A stretch of 64,000 bases of DNA from Bacilli bacterium (GCA_017428495.1 JAFRQS010000011.1:140215-204214), one strand, 5' to 3'. Counted from the stretch's first letter, positions 1-11,650 are shown. Numbers and translations are program-made. Notes: a model not told the origin generated them from the letters alone.

Positions 1-889
1 GATTAAAATCTTCTTTATACTTTGCATTCTTCAAATTCATTTTACCATGATGTGTAAATGCATTACCATGTCTTGCTATTCTAGTTGGTAATACACAATC
101 AAACATATCTATTCCTCTTATTACACCTTCAATAATATCAATAGGATCTCCTACACCCATTAAATATCTAGGTTTATTAGTAGGTAAATATGTTGTAGCA
201 TCTGTAATCATTTTATACATTACATCTTTTCCTTCACCTACTGATGTTCCACCAATTGTATATCCAGGAAAATCTAGCTTCACTAATTCTTCTGCACTAT
301 ACTTTCTTAAATCTGGATATTCTCCACCTTGAACAACACCAAATAGTAATTGATCAGTTTTATGAACATCTTTACCTCTCTTAGCCCATCTTAAAGTCCT
401 TTCAACACTATTCTTCATATACTCATATGTGCTTGGATATCCTGGACATTCATCAAAACTTATTATTATATCTGCTCCCAATTTTTCTTGTATCTCTATT
501 GATTTTTCTGGCGATAAAAATAACTTTTTACCATCAATTGTACTTTTAAAATGTACACCCTCTTCAGTTATATCTTTTGGCTTAGCAAGAGAAAATACTT
601 GAAATCCACCACTATCAGTAAGCATTGGACCATCATAATTCATAAATTTATGAAGTCCACCAGCTTTATAAACTATATCTTCACCTGGTCTTTCCCACAA
701 ATGATATGTATTTGCAAGTATAATTGCACTTCCACATTCTTTTACCATTTCTGGAGTAAGACCTTTAACTGTAGCTTGCGTACCAACAGGCATAAACATT
801 GGTGTGTCATACTCTTTTCCTCTTAGTTTTATTTTACCAAGTCTAGCACCAGTATCTTTTTCATTTTTAATTAATGTATATATATCCAT
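1..889 (-). CDS. tgt: queuine tRNA-ribosyltransferase (tRNA-guanine transglycosylase); 3' end runs off window
   Basis: Minus-strand translation from ATG (comp. 887-889, RBS AAGGAG 6 nt upstream) gives [43 protein letters not shown]...[12 protein letters not shown]..., typical Tgt; lies downstream of queA as in ruvAB-queA-tgt operons. Confidence 0.9.
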   Translation of the reverse strand, partial: MDIYTLIKNEKDTGARLGKIKLRGKEYDTPMFMPVGTQATVKGLTPEMVKECGSAIILANTYHLWERPGEDIVYKAGGLHKFMNYDGPMLTDSGGFQVFSLAKPKDITEEGVHFKSTIDGKKLFLSPEKSIEIQEKLGADIIISFDECPGYPSTYEYMKNSVERTLRWAKRGKDVHKTDQLLFGVVQGGEYPDLRKYSAEELVKLDFPGYTIGGTSVGEGKDVMYKMITDATTYLPTNKPRYLMGVGDPIDIIEGVIRGIDMFDCVLPTRIARHGNAFTHHGKMNLKNAKYKEDFN

Positions 890-891
890 AT

Positions 892-1917
892 TTACTCCTT
901 TATAAACATAGCATCTCCAAATGAGAAAAATCTATATTTATTTTCCACTGCTATTTTATAAGCATTCATTATATTTTCTTTACCAGCAAGTGCACTTACT
1001 AACATTATCAGTGTTGATTTAGGCAAATGAAAATTAGTAATAAGAGAATTAATCGCTTTAAATTTATACCCCGGATATATAAATATATCAGTATATCCAG
1101 AGCATTCAATAAATGTATTATATTTTGTATATATTGTTTCTAATGTTCTTGTAGTAGTAGTTCCTACACTTATTATTTTATTTCCTCTTGATTTAGCATT
1201 ATTTAAAATATCTGCTACTTCTTTATTCATAGAATAAAACTCTGAATGCATCTTATGCTTAGTTACATCTTCTACATTAACTGGCCTAAATGTACCCAAA
1301 CCAACATGCAATGTTATACTTACTACTTTTATTCCCTTTTCTTTTATTTTTTCTAATAACTCACTTGTAAAATGAAGCCCTGCTGTAGGAGCAGCTGCAC
1401 TACCTATATTCTTAGCATACACAGTTTGATACCTATCTTTATCTTTTAATTTTTCATGAATATATGGAGGAAGCGGCATCTCTCCTAATTCATCTAATAT
1501 TTCCATAAGTATCCCGTCATATATAAACTTAAAATATCTTATACCTTCATCTTTTACTTCTGTACATACTGCACTTAATCTATTACTAAACTTAATAGTT
1601 GTACCTACACTTACTCTTTTTGCAGGTTTACATAAACACTCCCATACATCATCATTTTTGTTTTTAAGCATTAATAATTCTATTACTGCTTCAGTTTTTT
1701 CTTTAATGCCTATTATTCTAGCTGGTATTACTTTTGAATCATTTACTACTAGTACATCATCTTTGTTTAAATAATCTATTATGTTATAAAAATGTTTATG
1801 CTCTATATTACCAGTTTTCTTATCTAATACTAACAATCTAGATTCATCTCTCTTTTCAATTGGTGTCTGTGCAATCAATTCTTCTGGCAAATAATAATCA
1901 AAATCATCTGTACGCAT
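892..1917 (-). CDS. queA: S-adenosylmethionine:tRNA ribosyltransferase-isomerase
   Basis: 341-aa [34 protein letters not shown]... matches QueA N-terminus and length; synteny. Confidence 0.92.
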   Translation of the reverse strand: MRTDDFDYYLPEELIAQTPIEKRDESRLLVLDKKTGNIEHKHFYNIIDYLNKDDVLVVNDSKVIPARIIGIKEKTEAVIELLMLKNKNDDVWECLCKPAKRVSVGTTIKFSNRLSAVCTEVKDEGIRYFKFIYDGILMEILDELGEMPLPPYIHEKLKDKDRYQTVYAKNIGSAAAPTAGLHFTSELLEKIKEKGIKVVSITLHVGLGTFRPVNVEDVTKHKMHSEFYSMNKEVADILNNAKSRGNKIISVGTTTTRTLETIYTKYNTFIECSGYTDIFIYPGYKFKAINSLITNFHLPKSTLIMLVSALAGKENIMNAYKIAVENKYRFFSFGDAMFIKE

Positions 1918-2921
1918 TATATCAACTCCTGCTGGTGATCTATTTTTAAATGATCATACGCTTCTTTAGTAACCATTCTACCCCTACTAGTCCTCTTCAA
2001 AAATCCCATTTGGAGCAAATATGGTTCATAAACATCTTCAATAGTAGACACTTCTTCACCAATAGATGCAGATAGTGCATCTACACCAACTGGTCCACCA
2101 TTAAATTTATATATTATAGCTTTTAATAAGGCGATATCTACTTCATCAAGCCCCATCTCATCAACACCCAATCTATCCAATGCATGTTTAGTTATTTCTA
2201 AATCTATACTTCCATTTCCCTTAACAAGTGCAAAATCTCTTGTTCTTTTAAACAATCTATTTGCTATTCTTGGAGTACCTCTACTTCTTTTTGCAAGTTC
2301 TAAAGATGCATCTTCATCAATTTCCACGCCAAGAACTCTACCTGTTCTTTTTACTATTTGTTGTAATTCCTCAACCGTATAATATTGAAGTTTAGATATA
2401 ATACCAAATCTATCTCTAAGAGGACTTGATAAATCACCTACTCTAGTAGTTGCACCAACCAATGTAAATGGTGGCAAATCTATCTTTATATTTCTACTAT
2501 TTCCTTCACTACCAACAATTATATCTAATGTAAAATCTTCCATAGCCGGATATAATATTTCCTCTATAAATCTAGGCATCCTATGTATTTCATCAATAAA
2601 TAACACATCGCCAGGTTCTAATGTTGAAAGAATAGCTGCTAAATCACCTGTCTTTTCAATTGAAGGACCAGATGCCGTTTTAATATTTTTACCTAATTCA
2701 TTTGCAATTATAAACGCAAGAGTTGTTTTACCTAGTCCAGGAGGACCATATAATAAAACATGATCTAATGTTTCATCACGCATTTTAGCAGCTTCTATAA
2801 ATACTTTTAAATTTTCTTTTACTTCTTTTTGACCTATATATTCATCTATCGAATCCGGTCTTATTGAAGTCTCAAATGTATCTTCTTCCAATTCTCTATT
2901 AGTTAAAACATTTTCTTTCAT
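1917..2921 (-). CDS. ruvB: Holliday junction branch migration ATPase RuvB
   Basis: 334 aa; Walker [13 protein letters not shown]+ layout, RuvB C-terminal winged helix; overlaps queA start by 1 nt. Confidence 0.95.
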   Translation of the reverse strand: MKENVLTNRELEEDTFETSIRPDSIDEYIGQKEVKENLKVFIEAAKMRDETLDHVLLYGPPGLGKTTLAFIIANELGKNIKTASGPSIEKTGDLAAILSTLEPGDVLFIDEIHRMPRFIEEILYPAMEDFTLDIIVGSEGNSRNIKIDLPPFTLVGATTRVGDLSSPLRDRFGIISKLQYYTVEELQQIVKRTGRVLGVEIDEDASLELAKRSRGTPRIANRLFKRTRDFALVKGNGSIDLEITKHALDRLGVDEMGLDEVDIALLKAIIYKFNGGPVGVDALSASIGEEVSTIEDVYEPYLLQMGFLKRTSRGRMVTKEAYDHLKIDHQQELI

Positions 2922-2929
2922 ATAACCTC

Positions 2930-3694
2930 CTAAAATCTTCTAATACTTCCTCTTTCTTCTTCAATTCTTCTATTCAATTCAGAAATTCTATCAACCTTTT
3001 CAGTTGTTGAACTACTCATTGAAATTTCAAACCCATTTCTATATCTAACAACAGGAATAATATCTCTTAAATCGGATGCCACTGCCCTAACGCTTTTACT
3101 TGTTCTATATAAATAATAGGTCATACCATAATCACCTTTTATTTTTCTATCACTATTATCTTCATATATATTACCATCACAAGCTTTATAAAGTCCTATC
3201 ATATACTTAGCTCTAAATCTTTTATTTAATACTCTAACTATACTATATCTACCAGTATAATCTGTATCAATAGCAATATCTAAAGCAGCATCTAAATCAT
3301 CATCTAAATACTCACTCTCTAATCCACTATCTAATGTATCACCAATTATTTTAAATACCTTATCTCTGTTTTTCATATTAGTATATACAGTTACATTAAA
3401 AGGATTTTCAGTATATCCAGTTGTAGAAAACATTATTTCAATCCCTTCTATATCCTTAACTTTATTTAAAAAAGCATTTATATTTCTTCTAGTAGAACCA
3501 TCATAATGCATTGTTATATATGGCTTATCAAATACATTATGACCATTGCAACATGCTATTGTAGGTATTTCTCTATCTATACAATACATTATTATTTTTT
3601 CTAGTAGTGGATTACCTTCAGCAATTCTAGGTACAATTATTTCTTTATTAGATTTCACTTCTTCAAATGATAGTAACTTTTCTGTATTTTGCAT
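2930..3694 (-). CDS. hypothetical protein inserted between ruvA and ruvB
   Basis: 254-aa uninterrupted ORF in 25% GC DNA, tightly packed (9-nt gaps) inside the ruvA-ruvB operon; no recognisable family. Confidence 0.6.
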   Translation of the reverse strand: MQNTEKLLSFEEVKSNKEIIVPRIAEGNPLLEKIIMYCIDREIPTIACCNGHNVFDKPYITMHYDGSTRRNINAFLNKVKDIEGIEIMFSTTGYTENPFNVTVYTNMKNRDKVFKIIGDTLDSGLESEYLDDDLDAALDIAIDTDYTGRYSIVRVLNKRFRAKYMIGLYKACDGNIYEDNSDRKIKGDYGMTYYLYRTSKSVRAVASDLRDIIPVVRYRNGFEISMSSSTTEKVDRISELNRRIEEERGSIRRF

Positions 3695-3702
3695 GTATCC
3701 TC

Positions 3703-4251
3703 CTATTTTAAAAATAATTTTAGTGCTTCTTTTATTTTATTTTCTACACTTTCACTTGTAAGTTTAGGAAGAATCTTAGTAATATCACTATTTTTATAAC
3801 CTAAAGCTTGTAAAGCAAGCACTACATCATCATTCGATTCTACTTCTATTTCTTTATCAGTATGTACTTTACCTTTTAAGTCTAATACTATCTGCCTTGC
3901 TACTTTATCACCAATTTTAGGAAATTTCTTTAAATAAAGAATATTTTCTCTATTTATAGCATCTATTATTCCACTAATACTTCCTGTAGCAAGCATAGGA
4001 AGTGCCATCTTAGGACCCAATCCCTTTACTTCAATTAATTTTAAAAATAAGTCTCTTTCTTCAATATCTTTAAAACCATATAAAGAATTTTCATCTTCTC
4101 TAATATGATTATATATATATATTTTATATGTTTCATTCTCCTTATAATAAAATGGATTTGCTACAAATACTTTATATCCAATTCCATTATTATCTATTAC
4201 TACATAACTAGGTTCTATTTCTGTTATTATACCATTTATATATGCATACAT
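3703..4251 (-). CDS. ruvA: Holliday junction DNA helicase RuvA
   Basis: 182 aa; N-terminal OB domain, two HhH motifs (LIEVKGLGPKMAL...FPKIGDKVARQIVLDL), C-terminal domain III. Confidence 0.9.
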   Translation of the reverse strand: MYAYINGIITEIEPSYVVIDNNGIGYKVFVANPFYYKENETYKIYIYNHIREDENSLYGFKDIEERDLFLKLIEVKGLGPKMALPMLATGSISGIIDAINRENILYLKKFPKIGDKVARQIVLDLKGKVHTDKEIEVESNDDVVLALQALGYKNSDITKILPKLTSESVENKIKEALKLFLK

Positions 4252-4355
4252 AGTACCACCTCTTATTAATTATAACACATTTATATTATAACATTTATAA
4301 TATTGACTGTAAACATATGTTTGTATCATAAATATAAAAAATAGAAACATTGTTC

Positions 4356-5633
4356 CTATTTTATCATTTCTTTTCCACCCATATATGGTCTTAATTTCTC
4401 TGGAATAGTTATTGATCCATCTTCATTATAATTATTTTCTATTAATGCAATAAGTGCTCTTGTATTAGCAAGTACTGTATTATTTAAAGTATGCAAATAA
4501 TAATTACCATTAACCCCCTTAGCTCTTATACCTAATCTTCTTGCTTGTGCATCACCTAGTGTAGAACAAGATCCAACTTCAAAATATTTTTGTTGTCTTG
4601 GACTCCAAGCTTCTATATCACAACTTTTTACTTTTAAATCAGCTAAATCTCCACTACAACACTCCAATGTTCTTACCGGTATATTCATATTTCTAAATAT
4701 TTCAACTGTAAACTGCCACATCTTGTTATACCAATCCATTGACTCCTCTGGCTTACATAGTACTATCATTTCCTGCTTTTCAAATTGATGTACTCTATAT
4801 ATACCTCTTTCTTCTATACCATGTGCTCCTACTTCTTTTCTAAAACATGGACTATATGATGTCATTGTTATTGGTAGACTTTCTTCCTTTATAATTTGAT
4901 CCTTAAATTTACCTATCATAGAATGTTCTGATGTACCAATCAAATATAAATCTTCTCCTTCAATCTTATACATCATATTATACATTTCAGAAAAAGACAT
5001 AACACCACTAACAACATCACTTTTAATCATAAATGGTGGTATACAATATATAAAACCTTTATCAATCATATAATCTCTTGCATATGATAGCATTGCTGAA
5101 GATAACCTCGCAATATCTCCCATCAAATAATAAAAGCCATTACCACTTGTTCTACCGGAAGCATCTTTATCAAGCCCATTTAATTTATTCATTATATCTG
5201 CATGATATGGTATTTCATATGATGGTACAACTGGATCTCCAAATTTCTCTATTTCAACATTTTCAGTATCATCTTTACCAATTGGTACAGAAGAATCTAT
5301 TATGTTCGGTATCTGATACATTATTTCTTTTATTCTTTTCTCTTTTTCAAGTTCAAGAACTTCCATATCCTTTAGCTCTTCATTTATTTTTACTACTTCA
5401 TCCTTTAATTTTAAACCCTCTTCTTTTTTTCCTTCTCTCATTAAAGAACCTATTTTATCACTTATTTCATTTCTTCTTTTTCTATTATCATCTGCTTTTG
5501 TCTTTAATTCCCTGTATTCTTTATCTAAATTATAAACTTCATCTACTAATTCTAACTTTTCATCTTGAAATTTCTTCTTAATATTTTCTTTTACTAAATC
5601 TCTATTTTCTCTTATCAATTTAATATCAATCAT
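4356..5633 (-). CDS. serS: seryl-tRNA synthetase
   Basis: 425 aa; N-terminal coiled-coil arm, class II motifs ([22 protein letters not shown]). Confidence 0.93.
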   Translation of the reverse strand: MIDIKLIRENRDLVKENIKKKFQDEKLELVDEVYNLDKEYRELKTKADDNRKRRNEISDKIGSLMREGKKEEGLKLKDEVVKINEELKDMEVLELEKEKRIKEIMYQIPNIIDSSVPIGKDDTENVEIEKFGDPVVPSYEIPYHADIMNKLNGLDKDASGRTSGNGFYYLMGDIARLSSAMLSYARDYMIDKGFIYCIPPFMIKSDVVSGVMSFSEMYNMMYKIEGEDLYLIGTSEHSMIGKFKDQIIKEESLPITMTSYSPCFRKEVGAHGIEERGIYRVHQFEKQEMIVLCKPEESMDWYNKMWQFTVEIFRNMNIPVRTLECCSGDLADLKVKSCDIEAWSPRQQKYFEVGSCSTLGDAQARRLGIRAKGVNGNYYLHTLNNTVLANTRALIALIENNYNEDGSITIPEKLRPYMGGKEMIK

Positions 5634-5878
5634 TTTATCACCTTACTTTTTATTTTTTTTTCTTCAAACCTATATTTTTGATCTACATTTGGATATTTAT
5701 CATGATCCACCTCAGATAAAAACATATCAAGTGGTCTTACATATAAAACATTATCACCATATAATCCTCTATATAAAACCATTTTTTCTTTTGTTTCCGA
5801 GTGTATCACAACATCTTCTACTAAATATAAGTCTCCCTTAAAATGTTTATAAATTGTATTTAATTTAATCTTTCTCAT
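5630..5878 (-). CDS. DUF1653 family small protein, co-transcribed with serS
   Basis: ORF-track call trimmed to internal ATG at comp. 5876-5878, preceded by [25 protein letters not shown]...VLYRGLYGD...YVRPLDMF fits the DUF1653 pattern. Overlaps serS start. Confidence 0.65.
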   Translation of the reverse strand: MRKIKLNTIYKHFKGDLYLVEDVVIHSETKEKMVLYRGLYGDNVLYVRPLDMFLSEVDHDKYPNVDQKYRFEEKKIKSKVIK

Positions 5879-5880
5879 AT

Positions 5881-6075
5881 TTCCTCCAAAAAAACAAAAA
5901 AGATGACAACCAAAGGAGCGTTTCCGCGGTGCCATCCTTAATTTTACTTAATTACTATAACGCGTTACCAAATAGCTCGGGAGTAGATTCATAAACTATT
6001 ATTATCAGTTTCCACCAAAGACTGACTCTCTATAAATAAATTATTTATTACTATGTTCCTTCATCGCTAAATAAA
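5881..6075 (-). promoter_or_regulatory. T-box riboswitch leader (Ser-specific candidate) for the DUF1653-serS transcript
   Basis: Minus-strand RNA has the T-box motif AUUAAGGAUGGCACCGCGG (UGGC would pair with tRNA-Ser GCCA end). A terminator helix GAUGGCACC/GGUUGUCAUC is followed by UUUUUUGUUUUUUU and then RBS GGAGG. An AGAGA stem-I motif lies upstream. Confidence 0.8.
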
Positions 6076-6103
6076 TAATAACTCTTATTAAATTTAATGT
6101 CAA

Positions 6104-6874
6104 TTAAAATCCTAAAAAATGTAATATAGTCATTATATCTACCCTTGTTAACAAACATATAAGTGCTGCTAAAGATAGATAAGGTCCAAACGGCAATTCA
6201 TGATTATTATTACTCTTTATTTTATCTAAAATAAGTGTCACGGGAAGTGCTATGAAAGCTGCTAAAACTATTGTAAATAAAGATATTTGCCATCCTAAAA
6301 CCATACCAAATATTAACATTAACTTAATGTCTCCGCCCCCCATTGATTCTCTTTTGAATGCCTTATCACCTAATAATTTAATAAATAACAATGCTATAAA
6401 CGGAATAATCATATTCATAAATGTTGGTAATAATATATCTATTCCACCTACTATAATTTTTAATATTAATATTAATAATCCGCAAAATATTAACAATTCA
6501 TCTGGAATTATCATGTATAAAAAATCTGAAATCATTATTATAAGCAACATAGATGCAAAAACAAGTGCAATAAACATTTCTACAGAGATCCCAAATATTT
6601 TATATATAAGTGCAAAAACTATACCTGTAAAAAGTTCAAATATAGGATAAAATATAGCTATCTTTGCTTTACAATTTTTACATTTACCACCTTGAAACAA
6701 GTATGAAAATACAGGTATTAATTCAAAAGGCCCTAATTTATGGTTACATTTAGGGCAATGAGAAGAAGGATTGATTAATGACATATTATTAGGTAGTCTA
6801 TAACCAACCACATTATAAAATGATCCAAAAATCAATCCAAATATAAAGAATACTATTAAATAATATAATTCCAT
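6104..6874 (-). CDS. pilD: type IV prepilin leader peptidase (A24 family)
   Basis: 256 aa polytopic membrane protein; N-terminal tetracysteine CPKCNHKL...CKNCKAKI and catalytic GGGDIKLM motif. Confidence 0.85.
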   Translation of the reverse strand: MELYYLIVFFIFGLIFGSFYNVVGYRLPNNMSLINPSSHCPKCNHKLGPFELIPVFSYLFQGGKCKNCKAKIAIFYPIFELFTGIVFALIYKIFGISVEMFIALVFASMLLIIMISDFLYMIIPDELLIFCGLLILILKIIVGGIDILLPTFMNMIIPFIALLFIKLLGDKAFKRESMGGGDIKLMLIFGMVLGWQISLFTIVLAAFIALPVTLILDKIKSNNNHELPFGPYLSLAALICLLTRVDIMTILHFLGF

Positions 6875-6882
6875 AAACCCAC

Positions 6883-9498
6883 CTACATTGCTGAAATATT
6901 TTGATACATATCAAACATTGGTACAACTATTGAAAGTAATATTACTCCGACAATTGCCGCTAAAATAATAATCATTACTGGTTCAATAAATGCTTTAATT
7001 TGATTTACAGCATTTTTATGCTGTTCACCATAATAATTAGCAACCTTATCCATCATAGTACCTAATTGACCTGTTTTTTCACCAGTAAGAATCATTTCAT
7101 ATGCAATATTTGGGAAAGCCCAATGATTTTTAAATGAATTAGATATTGCTTCACCTTTAGCCAAATTAGTTATTGTATCAAATATTAACATTTTATATAT
7201 TTCATTATTAGTTATTTTACTTAATACTTCCATACTATCGGTAATATATACATTATGATTTAATAAAGACGCAAATGTCTTAGTAAACATTGTTACCTCA
7301 TTGTAAATTATTATTTTACCAATTATAGGAAGATTCATAACAAAAGTTTGGACTATTGATTTAAATACTTTTATATTCTTAAATAATATTATAAATACTA
7401 TTACAAACACTAAAAATCCAAGTAATACCTTCAACCAATTACTCTGAAGGAAAGCACTAATATTTATAATTTTTTGTGTTATACCAGGCACCCCAGTTTC
7501 CATATTTGAATATATACTTACAAATTGTGGAATAACCTTTACCATAATAAATATTAATATCCCTAATGCAAATAATAATACTGCAGCTGGATATGATATA
7601 GCACTTATCATTTGCTTCCTAGTTTTATCAGTATCTCTATAATATGAAGCCATATCATCCAATGTTTCCGGCAAATCACCAGTAAGTTCTGATGTCTTAA
7701 CCATATTAATAAGCAATCTAGGGAAAATATTTCCTTGTTTTGCTAAAGCTTCACTAAAATTTTCTCCCATTGTAAGTTCATATATTATTGATTTATATAC
7801 ATTTTTATGACCACTTTTTTTACTCTGTTTTGACAAAATTTTAACTGATTCCACCAATGTCATACCTGATTTTAAAAATGTAGATAATTGAGTTAAAAAG
7901 AAATCCAACTCAGTTGCTTTAAACTTTGGTGAAAATAATGTTAAAGTCTTTGCAAAATTCTTTTGTGGAGTAATTTCATATACTTCATATCCCTCAGCCA
8001 TCAAGAATGAGTGAACATCTAATTTCGAGAAAGCTGCAAAATATCCAGTTTCTACTTTACCAGTTTCAGAATTTTTAGCAACATATTTATACATTATTTT
8101 TTCATCACTACGTATAGCATCAGCGCCATCAAAGTCAATTAATAATGTTTGTCTTTGCAATTCTCTTCTATTTTTTCTATCTTTAACTATTGATAAATTA
8201 TTATACCAATTAGAAATCTTTTCATTTAAAGTTTTTCTTTCACTTCTAGCTTTTTGTTTGCTCTCTTCTTGAGCTTTCTTAATTAATAAAGCCTTCTCTT
8301 TTCTTTCTCTTCTTGCTTGCTCTTTCTCTTTTTTTATTTTCTTGTTTTTTTCTCTTTTTTCATTTAATAAAAGAATTGCCTTATCTTCTTTTTCTTTCTT
8401 AGCCTTTGCTTGTTGCTCAAATTTTTCTTGTAATTTCTTCTTTCTTTCTTCTTCTTTCTTTTGCTTCAACAAAGCCTTCTCTTTTTCTCTATTTTCTTTT
8501 CTCTGAGCTTTTAATAATTTTTTATCTTGTAAAACACCACCATTAGTAGTAACAGTAGTAGACAAAATATCTTCTTCAGATTTCTTTCTTAATTTAGCCT
8601 CTTCTTCCGCTTGTACCTTTAATCTTTTTTCTTCGGCAATCGCTCTCTTTTTTGCTTCCTTTTCACTAATTATTTTGTTTCTTTTTGCTTCTTTTTCTGC
8701 TTTAATTCTATTTTTTTCTTCCTCTCGAGCTTTTATCTTTGCTTCTTTTTCTGCTTTAATTCTATTTTTTTCTTCCTCTCGAGCTTTTATCTTTGCTTCT
8801 TTTTCAGCAATTATTCTATTCTTTTCTTCTTCTTGAGCTCTTACCTTTGCTTCTTTTTCAGCAATTACTCTATTCTTTTCTTCTTCTTGAGCTCTTACCT
8901 TTGCTTCTTTTTCAGCAATTATTCTATTTTTTTCTTCTTCTTGAGCTCTTACCTTTGCTTCTTTTTCAGCAATTACTCTATTTTTTTCTTCTTCTTGGGC
9001 TCTTACCTTTGCTTCTTTTTCAGCAATTATTCTATTTTTTTCTTCTTCTTGAACTTTTATCTTTGCTTCTTTTTCAGCTTTATGCATTTCTTCTTGTTGC
9101 CTTTTTTTCTCGGCCTGCTCTTTTAACATTTCATCTTTTTTATCCTGAATTTTTTTCAAGAACTTAGATAAAAAAGATTCTTTTTTTACTCTAGTTTCTT
9201 TTTTACTATTAAATTCTTTTAAAGAAATTGCTGGTATGTTAGATATATCTTTAGATGAAGACTTATCATCTTCTTTATTTTTCAACGCTAATTTTTTTTG
9301 TTTTTCTTCTTTTTTATCTGCTTCAATCAATTTTTTTTCAATTAAATTTTCTATTTTTTTTCTTTGCTTTTCTATCTCTATTTTTTGTTTTCTAATCTTT
9401 AATTCTTCTTTAGTTAGATTTTTACGCACAAAAGAGGCATTTTGCTGCCTTTTATCATCATTATTATCAGAATGTGATAAAACATTATTGTTTTTCAC
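6883..9498 (-). CDS. pilC: type IV pilus / type II secretion platform protein (GspF/PilC family) with ~470-aa N-terminal K/E-rich repeat extension
   Basis: C-terminal ~400 aa is a canonical two-repeat GspF domain (KIMYKYVAKNSETGKVETGYF..., TGDLPETL, 3 TM). N-terminal 470 aa is charged, low-complexity and helical, with nine 16-aa tandem repeats AEKEAKVRAQEEEKNR(I/V)I. No in-frame stop separates the two parts. Confidence 0.82.
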   Translation of the reverse strand: MKNNNVLSHSDNNDDKRQQNASFVRKNLTKEELKIRKQKIEIEKQRKKIENLIEKKLIEADKKEEKQKKLALKNKEDDKSSSKDISNIPAISLKEFNSKKETRVKKESFLSKFLKKIQDKKDEMLKEQAEKKRQQEEMHKAEKEAKIKVQEEEKNRIIAEKEAKVRAQEEEKNRVIAEKEAKVRAQEEEKNRIIAEKEAKVRAQEEEKNRVIAEKEAKVRAQEEEKNRIIAEKEAKIKAREEEKNRIKAEKEAKIKAREEEKNRIKAEKEAKRNKIISEKEAKKRAIAEEKRLKVQAEEEAKLRKKSEEDILSTTVTTNGGVLQDKKLLKAQRKENREKEKALLKQKKEEERKKKLQEKFEQQAKAKKEKEDKAILLLNEKREKNKKIKKEKEQARRERKEKALLIKKAQEESKQKARSERKTLNEKISNWYNNLSIVKDRKNRRELQRQTLLIDFDGADAIRSDEKIMYKYVAKNSETGKVETGYFAAFSKLDVHSFLMAEGYEVYEITPQKNFAKTLTLFSPKFKATELDFFLTQLSTFLKSGMTLVESVKILSKQSKKSGHKNVYKSIIYELTMGENFSEALAKQGNIFPRLLINMVKTSELTGDLPETLDDMASYYRDTDKTRKQMISAISYPAAVLLFALGILIFIMVKVIPQFVSIYSNMETGVPGITQKIINISAFLQSNWLKVLLGFLVFVIVFIILFKNIKVFKSIVQTFVMNLPIIGKIIIYNEVTMFTKTFASLLNHNVYITDSMEVLSKITNNEIYKMLIFDTITNLAKGEAISNSFKNHWAFPNIAYEMILTGEKTGQLGTMMDKVANYYGEQHKNAVNQIKAFIEPVMIIILAAIVGVILLSIVVPMFDMYQNISAM
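8660..9100. repeat. ~9 tandem 48-bp coding repeats inside pilC N-terminal extension
   Basis: Near-identical 48-53 bp units visible directly (e.g. 8692-8744 = 8746-8798); each encodes a 16-aa AEKEAK(V/I)RAQEEEKNRxI unit. Confidence 0.85.
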
Positions 9499-9611
9499 TC
9501 AAATCACACCTCCAATAGCCAAACTCCTATACTATATAAAGTATATCATATTTTAGTAAATATTAAAACTTTTTTTTGCTTTTTTCATATAATATTTTGA
9601 GGAGTGAGAAT

Positions 9612-9899
9612 ATGTATAATCAATTTCCATATTCATATTATAATAATAGTCCTTTTATGTCATCAAATAGTTCACCAATGGGATTTCTAAATAAAAAAAA
9701 TTTTAATTGGGATTCATTTCTAAATAATGCTCAAAGGACCTTAAATGTTATAAACCAAGCAATGCCTATTTATAATCAAGTTAAACCAATGTTTAGAAAT
9801 ATGGGAACAATATTTAAAGTAATTGGTGAATTAAATGCTGCACCAACAATCAATTCAATTGATAATGTCTCAAATAACTCACCATCATTTTTTGCATAA
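9612..9899 (+). CDS. small YqfQ/VrrA-like hypothetical protein
   Basis: ORF-track call trimmed to ATG at 9612 after GGAGTGAG. MYNQFPYSYYNN...QAMPIYNQVKPMFRNMGTIFKV... has weak YqfQ-like composition and sits next to trmK-sigA as yqfQ does in B. subtilis. Confidence 0.4.
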   Translation: MYNQFPYSYYNNSPFMSSNSSPMGFLNKKNFNWDSFLNNAQRTLNVINQAMPIYNQVKPMFRNMGTIFKVIGELNAAPTINSIDNVSNNSPSFFA

Positions 9900-9940
9900 A
9901 AAAGAATTCTATTTCTTATCAATAGAATTCTTTTTTTTAT
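9899..9940. terminator. bidirectional intrinsic terminator
   Basis: AGAATTCTATT-N7-AATAGAATTCT perfect hairpin followed by T8; sits between the convergent 9612 gene and trmK. Confidence 0.7.
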
Positions 9941-10574
9941 TTAAATATTTTATTTTTCTTTTTATTTCCAATCTTTTAAATATATAATTTTTAGGAATAA
10001 CTGTTAACAATACCTTGCACTTTTTTATTTCTACTTCAATGTATTTATCTAAATCATTTCCAGAAATCATTCCTATTTCTTTTTGGAATTTGTTATATTT
10101 TCTTTTACCTCTTTTATAACTTGTTACAATATAATATATATTTCGATCTAAAACAACAGATTCATCACTAATATAAAATCCATTTTTCAAAATAAATTTT
10201 CTTACTTTTTCTGGATTTGAATTTGACTGCACAACTAATTTATTTATATTCGAATTTTTAATCTTTTTTAATATATTTATAATGGACATATAACCCATAC
10301 CAGATAATATAATTGTATTTACATCTTTACATTCTTTTAAAGGCTCTAATCCATTACCACATTTCAAAATCACTTTATTGGCATTATACTTTTTTACATT
10401 AGCGCGAGCCATATCTAAAGCACTTTCTCGCAAATCAGAAGCATAAAATACTTTTGAATATTTTTTAGATAAATAAATATCTAGTAATGCATGATCACAT
10501 CCTACATCTAAAACTATATCTTCTTTGTCTATATAACTAGCTATTTTTTCCAAGCGCTTAGATAAATTAATCAT
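9909..10574 (-). CDS. trmK: tRNA (adenine22-N1)-methyltransferase
   Basis: 221 aa; [15 protein letters not shown]...[15 protein letters not shown] resembles TrmK/YqfN; position directly downstream of sigA as in Firmicutes. Confidence 0.82.
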   Translation of the reverse strand: MINLSKRLEKIASYIDKEDIVLDVGCDHALLDIYLSKKYSKVFYASDLRESALDMARANVKKYNANKVILKCGNGLEPLKECKDVNTIILSGMGYMSIINILKKIKNSNINKLVVQSNSNPEKVRKFILKNGFYISDESVVLDRNIYYIVTSYKRGKRKYNKFQKEIGMISGNDLDKYIEVEIKKCKVLLTVIPKNYIFKRLEIKRKIKYLNKKKNSIDKK

Positions 10575-11649
10575 TTAAATAATCCTTAAGTTTTTTTGAT
10601 CTTGAAGGATGTCTCAATTTTCTCAATGCTTTTGCTTCTATTTGTCTTATTCTTTCTCTTGTAACTCCAAACATATTACCTACTTCCTCTAATGTCCTAC
10701 AAGTACCATCTTCAAGACCAAAACGTAACCTTAATACTTGTTCTTCTCTTTCAGTTAATGTAAGTAATACTTCAGCTATTTCATCTTTTAATTTAGAATT
10801 TATTGCATACTCTTCAGGACCCATACTACTCTCATCCTTGATAAAGTCTGCTACACATGAATCTTCATCTTCTCTAGTTGGCTTTTCTAATGATATTGGA
10901 TCAACATCAATTTTAATTATTTCTCTTATTTTATCAACTGGTAATCCCATTTTTTCAGCCAATTCTTCTTCAGTAGGTTCCCTATTAAGCTCTAATGTTA
11001 ATTGTCTTTGTGTTCTCTTTAATTTATTAATTGTTTCAACCATATGTACTGGTACTCTTATTGTCTTAGCTTGATCGGCAATAGCCCTTGTTATAGCTTG
11101 TCTTATCCACCAAGTTGCATAGGTACTAAACTTATATCCCTTTGTAGCATCAAATTTATCTACTGCTTTCATTAATCCCATATTACCTTCTTGAATCAAA
11201 TCCAAAAATGATAGATTTCTTCCAACATAACGCTTTGCTATTGAAACTACTAAACGCAAATTAGATTCTGCTAATTTGTTTTTTGCTTCAACATCGCCAT
11301 TTGCTACTTTCTCAGACAATTCTAATTCTTCGTCTAATGATAATAAGCTTATTTTACCTATTTCTTTTAAATACATTCTAACAGGATCATTAATGCTTAC
11401 TGTTTTTGGTATAGATAAATCTCCAATTACCTCTCCACCTTCAGTTTCATTACTGCCATCATCTACATCTTCACTTACAACTTCTATACCCATGTCATGA
11501 AATAAATTATATAATTCATCTAATGAATCACTATCCATCTCTAGACCTTTTAAGTTTTCAGCCAATTCTTCAAATGTAATATAACCTTTTTCTTTTCCTA
11601 TTTTAACTAATATTTTTTTTCTTTCTTCAAACGTTTTAATCTCATTCAT
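10567..11649 (-). CDS. sigA: RNA polymerase primary sigma factor
   Basis: 360 aa; regions 1.2-4 all present ([40 protein letters not shown]-like, TLEEVG...[17 protein letters not shown]). Confidence 0.95.
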   Translation of the reverse strand: MNEIKTFEERKKILVKIGKEKGYITFEELAENLKGLEMDSDSLDELYNLFHDMGIEVVSEDVDDGSNETEGGEVIGDLSIPKTVSINDPVRMYLKEIGKISLLSLDEELELSEKVANGDVEAKNKLAESNLRLVVSIAKRYVGRNLSFLDLIQEGNMGLMKAVDKFDATKGYKFSTYATWWIRQAITRAIADQAKTIRVPVHMVETINKLKRTQRQLTLELNREPTEEELAEKMGLPVDKIREIIKIDVDPISLEKPTREDEDSCVADFIKDESSMGPEEYAINSKLKDEIAEVLLTLTEREEQVLRLRFGLEDGTCRTLEEVGNMFGVTRERIRQIEAKALRKLRHPSRSKKLKDYLND

Positions 11650-11650
11650 A

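Noticed and set aside
551-826. Plus-strand ORFs in the track that lie antisense to clear minus-strand genes (551-826, 3546-3761, 5078-5581, 6252-6650, 8793-9167, 8833-9126, 9236-9556, 10838-11074, 11276-11500, 12102-12572, 13249-13506, 17044-17421, 17647-18114, 20772-21062, 22093-22452, 23687-24251, 25007-25354, 25910-26182, 26915-27355, 33152-33412, 35608-35946, 36979-37338, 37936-38154, 41039-41627, 41896-42273, 42519-42851, 43396-43689, 44011-44594, 45342-45710, 47893-48299, 55676-56095, 56194-56376, 62896-63140)
   Set aside because: All overlap well-supported genes on the other strand. They have Phe/Leu/Ser-rich low-complexity translations typical of mirror frames of AT-rich coding DNA, and they lack RBSs.
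8660-9100. Regular ~48-bp repeats that could superficially resemble a CRISPR array
   Set aside because: Units are contiguous with no spacers, AT-rich, in frame, and encode the 16-aa protein repeat inside pilC. No cas genes are present.
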